Shown here: piece by piece, positions 34,272 through 63,679 of the stretch
How positions within the stretch are numbered: position 1 is the first letter of the stretch
Layout of the letters: every line of letters begins with the position of its first letter
Assembly: GCA_964199315.1 (NCBI GenBank)
Contig: OZ116710.1
Location: 18,166,001 to 18,230,000 of the forward strand
Length of the DNA stretch: 64,000 bases
From: Orbicella franksi
Taxonomy: Eukaryota
Direction: 5' to 3'
Translations under genes and position numbers: made by a program
Notes under the pieces: generated by a model
Seen by the model: only the letters and a program-made list of their open reading frames with translations
The model's database searches: none
Told to the model about the DNA's origin: nothing

Positions 34272-36796
34272 ATGGAACATTTCAGGGTGATTTTGTTTTT
34301 GCAACTGGTTGTTGGTGTTAAGGTTAGTAAAAGAAGTGTTTTTTTTAAGATATCGCTCTTGTGAAAGGCCTTAGTGATAATTTGATACATTTTCGAGTAC
34401 GAGGTTTATTTTACAGATTCAAATGTTAAAAGGAAGACTTAATTAGAGTTACCATCAAGTTTGCCCTTTACGATGTCACTGCAATTCAAGAACCTGCCCC
34501 AGTTTATCTGTACTCCTAAATTATGCATACATATCAAAGCCGCCAAAACAGAAGACAAGTGAACTCTCTTGTGTCTTGCAACGTTTTTAAACTTGAATTG
34601 ATAAATCCAAGATACAGGAATATCTATTTTAAAAAGAGCAATTCTTTAGAAATGAAACAACGTACAGTTCGTTCCCATCTTTTCTTCCTTTGACCCAAGC
34701 TGAATTCCAAACCTGTTCATACCTGCTTGTATACCCGTCTCTCTTATATCGCGCACACGAGCGTATCCCGCGAGAGACACGCTCGTAGAACACTCGTTGG
34801 ACCTACGGGTAGCGTGAGGGGACCATATTGGCAGGCTGTATATTTGCTGTCATTAAATAATGAGGTTCCTTACTGCTTTCCTGGTAGCTTTTTCCCGAAA
34901 TTTAAACCTTGCTTGCTTGCTTGCTTGATGTTATTTTTATTAATGTCCTCTCTTTATTTTTAGCTCATTCATATTCCGAGAGAGCAATGGCCCAGACTTG
35001 GTGAGGAAGTCACCCAGGAAATTCTGAATTCCATACAAACATTCGACCTTCTCAACCAAGACATTTCCATGGGATTTTTCATCAAGGGTGTAGCGGGGCC
35101 GCAGGGACCTCCCGGACCAAAAGGCCCCGTAGGGAGCATGGGACTTGCAGGTTCCCCTGGCATGCCAGGATGGCCCGGTCCCCCTGGGAGGTTTGGTCCG
35201 CCTGGCCCGCCTGGTCCACCCGGGCCTCCGGGGCCCCCGGGGCCCCCGGGGTTGAAAGGAGGGGCAGGATTCGGGGGCCTTCCAGGACAGGTTGGAATGC
35301 CAGGATATCCCGGATATCCAATGTGGAAGATTACCACGGACATATTCACACCTTTGTATAATGTCCAAACGGTAGGTTGAACTGGTAAATGGCTGGAATA
35401 CCCATCCTTTACCTCTTATTCCGCCCACTGACAAGGAAACAGCAAGCGATAACCTTGACCGTCATGTCTAAAGTTATTTTTAAGGGCTCTTGGGATAATC
35501 AATGTGAAATACGTTTTGTTGGTGCTCTGAAAAAACGTTTTCTTTGACGTTGATATTGTGGTAAAATACAAATCGAATGTTGTGGACTCACGAGGCGCAG
35601 TGACCGCTGTGATGACGCATATCTTTGTCGATAAGAGTACAGATAACGCCAAACCGCATTCGATTTGTTTTTTCCACAATATCAACGTCAAAGAAAATGT
35701 TTTTTTCAGAGCTTGACCAAGAGCGTGACACATTGACGCGAGCAGCGTTGTCTGAACTCTTATCGACAACGGCAAATTAACCAATCAGATCGCGAGATTA
35801 GTAGCAATTGTGGTAAAAATAGTAATTTACCAGAATGGTGAGAGTAGTTAGTTTTGAGGGTTCCTTGACATGGTCTCCTTCCGTTCGAAGTTCACTTTAG
35901 TTTTGGAAATTCTAATGGCAAGGAATAATGAAGAATAAGAGAGTTAATTCCCCATATTTGCCTTTTCCCCAAGGTAACCTCCTTTTCAAGTTATTTTTTG
36001 ATATGGTATCCAGTTCTAACAGGGATAAACGAAGCGACGGCTTAACTCCCATATTCTAACATATCATTTCGTTTGCCTGACACAAGTGGGTGTACCGCAG
36101 TTAGCAACTGAATTAGCCGAACCGTTACCATAAGGGCTGGAGGTAAGGACTTCATGTAAATTCTCATTTCCGCAGAACGTGACAGTGGTATGCGCTGGTA
36201 AACGAGCGTTACTGCAATGCAACGCTGGCAAACGAGTCAAAGTAACGCAAGCTCGTTGGGGAGGAAGCAACTCCGTGACATGCGCTAACTCGACGTCTGC
36301 CGATTTATCTTCTCTACCGCTGATCGCAGACACAGACTCAAGTCAAGTAACTGACCAAATAAGGAAGCGCTGTGCAAAGCAGCAAACTTGCGACGTGGAA
36401 GCCAACATGCCATTCTTGGAAAGTGTTCCAAGTGGGTCCAAGTATCTCAAAGTGTGGCACGAATGCATTCCTGACGTTTCTGGGGTCATTCTACCATCGC
36501 GTAGGAAAAGAGACATCCAAATACAACGGAGAGAATTGCACTTACCTCAGCTGGGCAGCGCGAAAAACACTGGACCCGAATCTTTCGGCGAAGGATTGGC
36601 AACAAGGGCTTCTCACAATTCAAGCAGCGAAGGTGTTGTAGCGAACGTCTTTATGGGCAAAAGCAACGAGCAAATTTCATCTAATAAAAATGAGTCAACT
36701 GCAAGTAAGGAGAAACGGAGTGAAGAAAGTTACGAGAACACTCACTTAGCCCGTGTGCTGGACGAACTGCTGGGGCCATCTTCTCTTTATAAATAA
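34272..36796 (+). CDS. Nematogalectin-like secreted protein: signal peptide + 26 Gly-X-Y triplets + degenerate SUEL/rhamnose-binding-type lectin domain + C-terminal extension
   Basis: Exon 34272-34322 (ACCATGG Kozak context; [17 protein letters not shown]|gttagt). A possible in-frame exon at 34700-34837 or 34700-34864 contains RERHARR. Exon 34964-35371 holds 26 uninterrupted GXY triplets. Exon 36176-36796 reads [19 protein letters not shown]...KRC..QTCDVEA...[10 protein letters not shown]. All junctions are phase 0. A likely 5' UTR exon ends at about 33653 (gtaagt). Collagen + SUEL is the published nematogalectin architecture. Confidence 0.75.
35524..35710. repeat. Inverted repeat (arms of about 55 bp) inside an interspersed repeat in the nematogalectin intron
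   Basis: gctctgaaaaaacgttttctttgacgttgatattgtggtaaaatacaaatcgaatg matches the reverse complement of cattcgatttgtttttccacaatatcaacgtcaaagaaaatgtttttttcagagc. Confidence 0.7.
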
Positions 36797-38325
36797 GTGA
36801 ATGCTAATGAAAAATTGTGTCATCTGTAACCTGCATTAGGTAACATAAACGTGACGTAAATGACAAGTTGTTTATGATCATACAGTTGGAGTTTCAACAC
36901 AGATACAGTCATCGGGAACAAAAGCAGTCAACTCGAAGTGCCTTGCGCTTTAGATGCTGCAAAAGGCACATTGTACAGCGAACAGTATTCAATTTAATAT
37001 TTTAATGTGTAAGATCGTGACTAACGGAAACGGAATAGCATAATTCAATCACAGTTATACACTTTGTTCCACTTTTTATTTTTGGTGTGAACAGTGTCGA
37101 CATGTCAGTGCGTGTAATCAGAAAGCTTCTGGTGTAATCATATGTAAAGCTATATAAAATGAAAGACTGTATTTTGAGTTATTTGATATTGATAGAAGAG
37201 ATGAGAGTTTCGATATGCTATGTACATCTGTTCTTACGTCTTAAAATTTCAGTTCCGAGACAGTAAAAAGCCAAATCGTACGATCTATAGCAAAACTCTC
37301 GATTATGATTGGTTTTCCGCGCGCCTACTTAAAATGTAATTACCCCCATGATCACGTGGATACCCAATTAAAGTTATCTAATCGTGCTACTAATAGGCCA
37401 TTTTGCTTATGCAAAAATTTCTTAGTTCCGTTCTCATGTGGGGGCGAGAAGTGATCACTCGGCCAAAAATGGCCTCATTAATTCATTAAATAGATCAAAT
37501 TTTGCCCCCACAAGGGACTGGAGCAAGAATTAGCAAAATGGTTGTCCGGCTCGCGCTGCGCTCGTCTGATTGTGAAATTACTCGCCCGACTACTCCCTGA
37601 ATTGCACTCAGACTACCTCCAAAATTACTTTAACACCATCCAGACACCAAATACATTGGAAGACGGAATGTCATACGCTATAATCTAAGAATGTTCACAA
37701 GAATATTTTGGCAGAAAAATAGGAATGATAAGCCTCGGCCGGAAAAACAATATTCTTATATAAGAAAAAGAGGTGTAGCTTTTTACGTCTTCCACGGATA
37801 GCTCACTGTATATCAGTAGTGCCGTAGACGATGAGCCATCTGATGGCAATTCTGAGCGAGGCTAAGATAGATCTTCTAATTTTAGGTCATTCTCTAAAGC
37901 ATCCTTTACCTCTATTGTATTTAACGGTACAATAAACAACAAATTTCTGTTCCTTCGATTCGCGAAAGATCCCCCAGCAGCCCCTCCCTCCAATGCAACA
38001 GTAGGCGCTAGTACCCAGGACTCGTCTTCTTTGTTCTTGGCGGGAAGGTTACAAAGTGGAACAAAGCATGCCAGGAGTGACGATATCTATGGCGGACGTG
38101 AACAAATTCTTCATTCTGTCGCTTCGAAACGACTCAATAAGAACAAAATAGTCGACGCTGCAGACATGATTGGAACAAGTAAGTAAAGCGATAATTTTTT
38201 TGCCCTATTACGTTTTGCAAAGCAGAAAAAATACGTCTGCAAGCTCAGCTTTGCATAAGCTTAATTTTATAAATAGCGGGCGAAAGTTTTAGACAGACAA
38301 ATTTCTTTCATTCTTGATAGAAGCC

Positions 38326-56506
<18,181 letters not shown>

Positions 56507-56975
56507 GATGTCCCGTAGTCGTGTCTGTTAACTTCCTCTTTCCAGTTGTGAAAGTCATGTCACAATGTAAAGAAAACGCATGTTTTACATAGCATAACAT
56601 GGCGGACTAGATGTTTAATTTTCTTTTTCTGCATATCATATTGTATGCTTGTTTATAGATTACATAATAAATATCTTGTATACGGCATTTATTGTTAATT
56701 TTCCAACAATTCAATCCTTACTCGCCAAAGTAAGGAGCCAATGTCTAGCTCCAAGTGCTCCTCGGTTCAGTTCAGGAATAAATCAACTTATCCCAAAGTG
56801 CGTTATTGCATTACTCGCCCTTCTTCCTCACCACGTACAACAACTAAAAATTACTTTTTCAAATTTATTTGGAGCTGGAGAAAACCTGCGCCAAAGAAAA
56901 GATGAATTACAATGACAAAAGAGATAAGTTTGCCATCCTGAATAGTTTGTTCCATTGTCTGACCTTGTCAATGAC

Positions 56976-57211
56976 TTATGCGAAATCATTTATTGCTGTG
57001 GAGCTGGCACTTGAGTTCCAGCTAGAAAGGGCCTCTGCAATGTTGTAACCAGGCCACTTTCCCACGTTGATCACACAATAGTGTTCAATATGGCGGACAG
57101 CATAAAGTACCAGCGCCTGCAACAATTGTTGACGCGTAGATTTAGCCGACAGCTGCAGAGTAAAACACACGAAGGTATGTTTCATCGTCCACTTTGTCAA
57201 AAAGATAAATC
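56976..57211 (-). pseudogene. Decayed Cthrc1-like terminal exon
   Basis: The acceptor (ttccgcag|GAT) is at the same position as in the intact copies. It reads LFDKVDDETYLRVFYSAAVG*, then after a frameshift NNCCRRWYF, a deletion, VRHIEHYC, a deletion, INVGKW..AEALSSWNS. Stop codon, frameshifts and internal deletions are present. Confidence 0.8.
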
Positions 57212-57387
57212 CTGCGGAATATTACGAACCAGGATTTACAGTTTTTACATGTTCTGTCCTGGACGATGTGTTTAAATAGAGGATTGCGACCACGTTTTGT
57301 CGCTGAAAAAGCAACTGCCAAAGTATCAGAATTGGTGTAAAATTTATTCTTTCTCTCCCTTTGTAATGTGGCCAACAAAACTTAACC

Positions 57388-57570
57388 TGGCCATTTTCCA
57401 AGTTACCTTGCGCCTCTGAGTCAAAACGAGTCTTCGCACGAAACAATTCATATGGAAATGTGTTCGCCTACATGTTCATTTTCATGCAAATCCAACTCAT
57501 TTTCACATGAAAGCTTTTGCACGAAGACTCGTTTGAAACATTGGCACAAGGCAACTCGGAATTGGCCTGT
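57388..57570. mobile_element. Palindromic MITE (GGCCA..CC(G/A)AGTT termini)
   Basis: ggccattttccaagttaccttgcgcctctgagtcaaaacgagtcttcgcacgaaac versus the reverse complement ggccaattccgagttgccttgtgccaatgtttcaaacgagtcttcgtgcaaaagc. Confidence 0.8.
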
Positions 57571-58200
57571 TGATATCACCTAATTAGATTTCCCGTTATT
57601 GTTTTCGGGTGATAAAAGACTGGAAGCTGGAAAACGTAGCTAAGGGCAAGGAAATTTCCGACCTCTGGATGTAGTCTACAATTTCTCAACGGATTTTCTG
57701 GAAAATTACTGGTCCATTTGACTTTCAACCGGAATTTACGGGGTGTTTTGGCGAAATGGTAAGCACGTTACCGGAAGAATTTGAGCACAATCATTTTTGA
57801 TAGACAATTATGGAATATTGATCTCATTATTATGGTTTGCGCGATTGGTGTTTGAAAATGAACAGAAATATTTTACGCCAAAGCAATGTATGACCACGTA
57901 CCGTTTCTCAGAAATCAAAGGAAACCAGTTCAATTTTGCCGATTTTGAGTTATTGGCACTCAGAAAATAATTTTCGCAATTTTCATTATCATGTGAAGAC
58001 AACCAGCGCGGCTCTCCTCATGGTCTTCGTGGTCATTCCCCCGCCCCTTCCAAAGAGGTACAGCAACCACCGCATACTTTTTCAAGTTTTAATGTGACCT
58101 TTCATTCACCAATTACAGGGGCTCAAGGTAGAGGATTATCACTGGGTAAAGTTTTTAATCCTTGTTGGTTCTTCTGAATGATTTCTTTTCAATCTAGCTT

Positions 58201-60363
58201 TCACTGCTGAGGAGCGGGTACTTCTTCTACTACAATCCGAGACACTGAGTTCCAGCCAGAATACGCGTCTGCATTACCGTGCCTTGCGCAGTTTCCCACG
58301 TTGATCCCCACACGCACTCCTCCCTTAGGAATGTTCTGACAGTACCCTTCAATATGGCGGACTCGTAGTGGCTCTGCGCCACTTCCTCTATATATGTAAA
58401 TAACTCCATCAATTGGCATTGGTCCACTGCACTCAGCGCCATTGAAGGTAAAGAACCAACGCTTGCAACAGTTGTTGCAGTTGTAGATGCGAAGAGCGCT
58501 TGAGTAGAAGACGCGTAGGGAAGTATCTTTGTGTTTCTTTTGAAAGTTGCAGTCCTGTGTGAGAAAGGTAGAAAAACAAATAAAACCAGATTAACGCATC
58601 AGTGGAAAATCTAGGTATTCCTTTCCCCCGAAAGGCTGGGCGCACGGTATTGAGTAATGTATAGAGACCTGAAACAAAGTGGTGAGAGATTCAATACTTA
58701 GAGGAAACCATACAAGAAGTGATGTTAAATGACGCAAACAGAATTGCGAACGCATGACAATAGCATAACAAATGCAACTAGTGTGTTTTTTAAGTTTAGC
58801 AAAACTTCCTAACTAAAAGTGCTTTCTATTTTACCGTCTTTCTATTTTGCTTTTAGGTATTGCTTACACGCGATACGTATGTACCATCATGTAAATATTT
58901 CTGCTCAACATGTATGTCATTGGACAATACAAGGTGGGTTAACTCTCAACTAAGATTGTGGTGACCCCTTCCTCAAAAATGCCCCAGATGGTCAGCTTGC
59001 TTTTTGTAAGAAAACTAGTTACTGTATGATATGCAGTGCTGCAATGATGATGAAAAATAGTGCGGTATGTCCGCTACTGGACGTCTAAAGTTCTGGAAAG
59101 ACATCACACTAGTGTTACCTTAATTAATCCAAAATCCCGGTCATCACTATGTTTCCAAACACATTGCTTCCAATTTGAAAAGGCCTGGGCACCAGCTTCT
59201 CCCTTGGAGCCCGGCTCTCCCTTGGGACCAGTCTCCCCTCGTTCTCCCTTTGCGCCGTCACGACCGTAAGGGCCTGGTATGCCGGGAGTTCCTGGAATGC
59301 CAGAAGGGCCCTGAACAACTGTGCAGGACTGAAAACGTGCAATGAAATGAAAGAAATAAAAAATTTAGAAACCGGAAGAGTAATAATTTTTCACAAATTC
59401 AAATGAGTTTTTCAGCTGACCTTCTGAGTTGAGTTAGCCATAACAGATAAACTGCCATTGGCGAATAACGTGAATAACGCGAAAACAGTCAATGGAAGAG
59501 TCTTCATTGTCCACAGATCGATCCTGTCGAGTATAAAAAAAAACAGTCTAATCACTGAATCGATGTCAGGGACAAACTGAGAAAAATGTCAACTATGTCA
59601 CGTTCGTCACTTGCTTTTTGTTGATCCTTTTGGAAAACATTCTACTGTTCTTTTTCACTGTCTTAACAGATATAACATAGATATAACATGTTAGTTTGTA
59701 CACAGCTATTTCGTTGTGGGATGAAAGCTTTAAGCCCGCCTACGCGACAAGACTGAATGATGGCAGGGTATTCACTGAAATTTTACATACAGTCTGCCGA
59801 GAGGCAATCTACAAGTTTGTATTTTAGCACGTCGAGAATTTTTTGTCTTCGAGAGAGACCTTTCCGAGCGGTGATTTTAATTCTCATTAACTTTCAGTGC
59901 AGGAACCGGTAGCTTTCTCCTCTACCCATCAGTGCTACCTTTCGGCTTTGGAGAAGCTTGAGCCTTTGATCCAAGAACGTTGATTATGATAGCGGTGTTT
60001 AATTTTGTTGTGTGATGTAGTTATTGTTTCTACATTGACCGATTCTAGTCCTACTCTGTGTGCTCAGGAAGTTTTCGGAGTTTAACTAGGTAAGCTTCAC
60101 GTAGTATCATCTGTAATAACCCTCAGCTTAGATGTGATTTTGTTTCGTCTTATCAGTGGAATCGAGAACCATTTTTCAGCCAAGAATTCGGAACAGTTTG
60201 AGTTTTTAATGCCGTTGTCAGTCTCAATTATTCGATCTGGTCGTGCGTTTTTGCTCACGGTTTTCTCTTTTTATCATGGTCAAAACAGCCCTGTTGAAGT
60301 GCGTTAGACTCGATTGAAATCTCACAGTCACTCACCTGTGAAGGAAAGTAATGTCTGAATTGT
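58201..60363 (-). CDS. CTHRC1: Collagen triple helix repeat-containing 1-like protein, copy A (start exon uncertain)
   Basis: Exon 59328-59119 (tttcag|TCC TGC; 14 GXY triplets, then [16 protein letters not shown]|gtaaca). Exon 58554-58201 ([38 protein letters not shown]...GYC...VG.C....[18 protein letters not shown]), the diagnostic CTHRC1 C-terminal domain. An upstream exon ends at 60336 (cag|gtgagt); its 5' boundary is ambiguous. This is a family member, not necessarily the vertebrate orthologue. Confidence 0.9.
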
Positions 60364-60842
60364 CTGAGAGGTAAGAATATTATACTGAACGGTAGAGCAA
60401 ATATAATATCAAGTGTTAGCATTTAACATCAAAGTAAGAACAAAATAAAATAAACTGGATGCTCCCTTCTTCAGTACTTACTCAGCGTCCCTGTTTAAAA
60501 TTGAAGTAAAAATAATTTTTTTTCCAATCTAGTGAACTTTTGGTTTGTTTGTGTAATGATAACCTCGTAAAAACAAGTTTGTGAACTGACAAAAGATTTG
60601 AAATTCTAATTTATTTTATTTTTAATTTTAACACGCACTATTATTCGCTGAAGCAATTTGGTTAGCTGTGGATTTGTCCAATGGGATGAGGCCTTATATT
60701 TTGACTTGGTTGCCGCGTAAATATAGAGTTTCAATCCCTGCAATTTCCCTAAGCAGCACTGTAGTTCAAGCGTGTGAATGCACCAATTTTTCAGCTGATT
60801 TTCCCCTGATATTTCACACTGTGAGAAGACTGACTTCTTTTT

Positions 60843-61261
60843 AGAGGGTCGTGCAGGGGGGAGGTCTCTGGCACGGTTCACGAACCGAAAAAATTGCGAA
60901 TGAATTTCATTTTCTCGAATCACGAAAATTAGCTAGTAATGTACTCTTTTTAATAACCTGCTCTTGCATTAGAAAGAGTGTTTGAAGAAAGCAAAATCGT
61001 AAAAGGCCAAGGCTCCATATTGCAAATCGCATACCTAAATCACCCTCGACAGACGACTCTAACCATTCGGAGGACTCGCGTCTCAAAATCACGTAGAATA
61101 GAGTAGTGAAATCACGAATATCGGTTAATAATTCAGGTTCTTCACGGGTCACGCGAAACCTTCAGGTCACGGATCACGAAGAATAATTTCTTTAATTCAC
61201 GTTTCACTGAAAATAAAATCAGCTAATCACGCATGAAGAGAATACCCCTGTAAGACCCTCT
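60843..61261. mobile_element. MITE with AGAGGGTC.T.CAGGGG termini and TCACG-rich interior
   Basis: agagggtcgtgcagggg versus the reverse complement of the right end, agagggtcttacagggg. Confidence 0.6.
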
Positions 61262-62792
61262 TTTTATACAGACTATGTTCAGTCAAGAGCCGGATTATGA
61301 TATTCTCTTGGTTCAGTATTCGTAAATATACGAGGTAGTTTTTTTTCATAAATTGAGCCCCGTGGGGAAACAGCGTGGCGGATTAATAAATTCGGCTGTC
61401 TTGCAAAGATTTTCCGTTACCCGGCCGGGTGACTGCCGTTTGTTTGAAAGTGGCTCGAGCTTAACAGTCTTTGTAGTCTACTAAATCTTTTAATTCGGTG
61501 GCCGTTCAAAATGAATTTGTAAACAAGCAGTTAGTCGTGATCCTTATGTTAATAATCAGTCAATAATCGCTGTGGTCTTACAACAGTCATGAACAGAACA
61601 ATAGATAATGGACATAATGCCTTTGTCAACAGGTTTCTGACGGGTTATAGGGCTACATCCAAAACCACTGCACATTAGCTGTACCTGTTAATCTGCTGAA
61701 CAATCTAAAACCTACACAATTGAAAATAGAGAAGAAAAGAAGTAACTTCGATTCATCTGAATTTGTTATGGACTTCAGGTTTAGTCACAATATTGACTTT
61801 GGCGCTAGATGAATTAAAATTCACTTTTCAACATGAAAATGTTCAAACTGGGTTATGGACAGATACGCATTTTCCAACTTTTTAGGGACGAAATTTGCCT
61901 GTGATGTTGCTTGTACCATAAATTTCTTCTTGACAAAAGATCTCGCAGATCACGAACTTTCGGTACTTTTCGATAGTTGCCTCGAGATATTTACTCAAGC
62001 AATTTGGCATTAAACTTAACTTAAGGCGGACACACCAAACGAGGCAACCTTGTCGTTGTTTGCCTGTGGTTGACTGAGTTATCCATTCAAAATAGCACGC
62101 TTTGAGGTCCGTGGAGTGCGCAAGCGAACTTAATTCGAGCTATCATATTTTTTTCGTAACGGCTTTTTACTTAATTTTGAAGTGACCCTTCATGCATGCA
62201 GTCTGGGGCTGACTTTCGCAGCGCAGTCAGCGCTAGTTGATCATGAATGAATTTACTCATGGAATCGTTTCTGTTGTCAAGTATAGCCAATTAAAGTCGA
62301 CTTTGAGAATTTCAGTGAGATAGGATATAAGCATAGTAAAGCTAAGGCGCCCTTGACAGTTGCTATTTATGATTTCACCCTACACACAACCTATCCACGA
62401 AAAATGAAATGAATGAAGGAGGAAATGTTCTCCAGTCCGGTCTACCAGTAAAGGGTTAGACACTACTGCAGGATTGATGTCCGGAGCTCTGACTGACTAT
62501 TTTGCCACACCTGTACCAATGGCTAGCAAAGGGTGTGGGGATGATTCATACAAAATACATGTTATGTATGATGCTGAATACCACTTCAGTTTTCTGTAGC
62601 GTTTTTTCGATTCATTCAACCTTAGGTTATTTACTTATGAGTCAACGATACGCTGGCCTCTACATTAAAGATATGTCTAAAACAAGGATACCATGGTATT
62701 ATTCTGAGAAAAAATGTATATCTTTAAAACCAAATGATGGTTCTTTCAGATCCCTGTCCACTACATCATAGTTAATACTGAGTCCTCGCTAG

Positions 62793-62998
62793 TAAATAAT
62801 ATCACTACTCGAAACGTTTCTGTGTGCTGATTTAGATTTCGAGACTCGAGAAGCACCATTTTCTATGAATTATCCCCACAACCACACCTGTACCAATAGC
62901 TAGCAAAGGGTGTGGGGATGATTCATAGAAAATGGTGCTTCTCGAGTCTCGAAATCTAAATCAGCACACACAAACGTTTCGAGTAGTGATATTATTTA
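62793..62998. repeat. Near-perfect inverted repeat: 88-bp arms, 30-bp spacer
   Basis: 62793-62880 versus the reverse complement of 62911-62998 shows 2 mismatches. Confidence 0.95.
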
Positions 62999-63267
62999 AA
63001 ATGTTTCAACAGAAGTGAGTTGTAAATTTGAGACGAAACATGAGATGATAATATCCCTTGACAGTAATAAAGTTTTTTTTTCTATCCCGAAAGAAGAAAT
63101 CTCATACCACATCTTGTCATAGGTTTTAAAATTTTTTATCTGTTTGGGGCTACCTTATGGAGTAAGCTAATAAGATTTGTTTTTTTTTTTGTCAAATTGT
63201 TCGCTGCAGCAAAACTGAAAGGTCTGTAAACAGCCTAACATGTCGCAGGACTGTAATGTTTCTTATT

Positions 63268-63621
63268 TTACGCCTGAGCAGGGGGTACTTCTTCCACCAC
63301 AATCCGGGACACTGAATTCCAGCCAGAATGCGCGTCTGCATTATCGTGACGTGCGCAGTTTCCCACGTTGATCCCCACACGCACTCCTCCCTTAGGAATA
63401 TTCTCACAGTACCCTTCAATCTGGCGGACACGGAGGGGCTCTAGGTCATTCCCTTCACGGATGTAAACAAGTCCGTCAATTGGCATTGGACCACTGCACT
63501 CAACGCCATTGAAGGTGAAGAACCAACGCTTGCAACACTTGTTGCAGTTGTAGATGCGAAGAGCGCCAGAGTAGAACACGCGTAAGGAAGTATCTTTGTG
63601 TTTCTTTTGAAAGATGCAGTC
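63268..63621 (-). CDS. CTHRC1: CTHRC1-like protein, copy B, terminal exon (upstream exons outside the window)
   Basis: ctctgcag|GAC TGC ATC TTT...TAA; 354 nt, the same length as the copy A terminal exon; 99 of 117 residues identical by manual alignment. Confidence 0.9.
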   Translation of the reverse strand, partial: DCIFQKKHKDTSLRVFYSGALRIYNCNKCCKRWFFTFNGVECSGPMPIDGLVYIREGNDLEPLRVRQIEGYCENIPKGGVRVGINVGNCARHDNADAHSGWNSVSRIVVEEVPPAQA

Positions 63622-63679
63622 CTGCAGAGTTGAAGGAAAAGAAAGTAAGTCAAATTGCGTCTCAGAGCTTAGGCGTACT

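Noticed and set aside
34940-35434. 164-aa and 126-aa minus-strand ORFs with GP-rich repeats
   Set aside because: Antisense and alternative frames of the collagen exon. Only the plus-strand frame gives perfect Gly-X-Y and links to a signal peptide and a lectin exon.
36120-36175. Extra donor (ctggag|gtaagg) just upstream of the lectin exon
   Set aside because: It would leave a 33-nt intron, and the phase-0 frame has a stop just upstream.
37640-38085. Minus-strand reading with a CFVPLCN THAP-like start near the RECQL4 promoter
   Set aside because: No ATG, internal stops, and no further THAP residues (W, H, F-P pattern) in frame.
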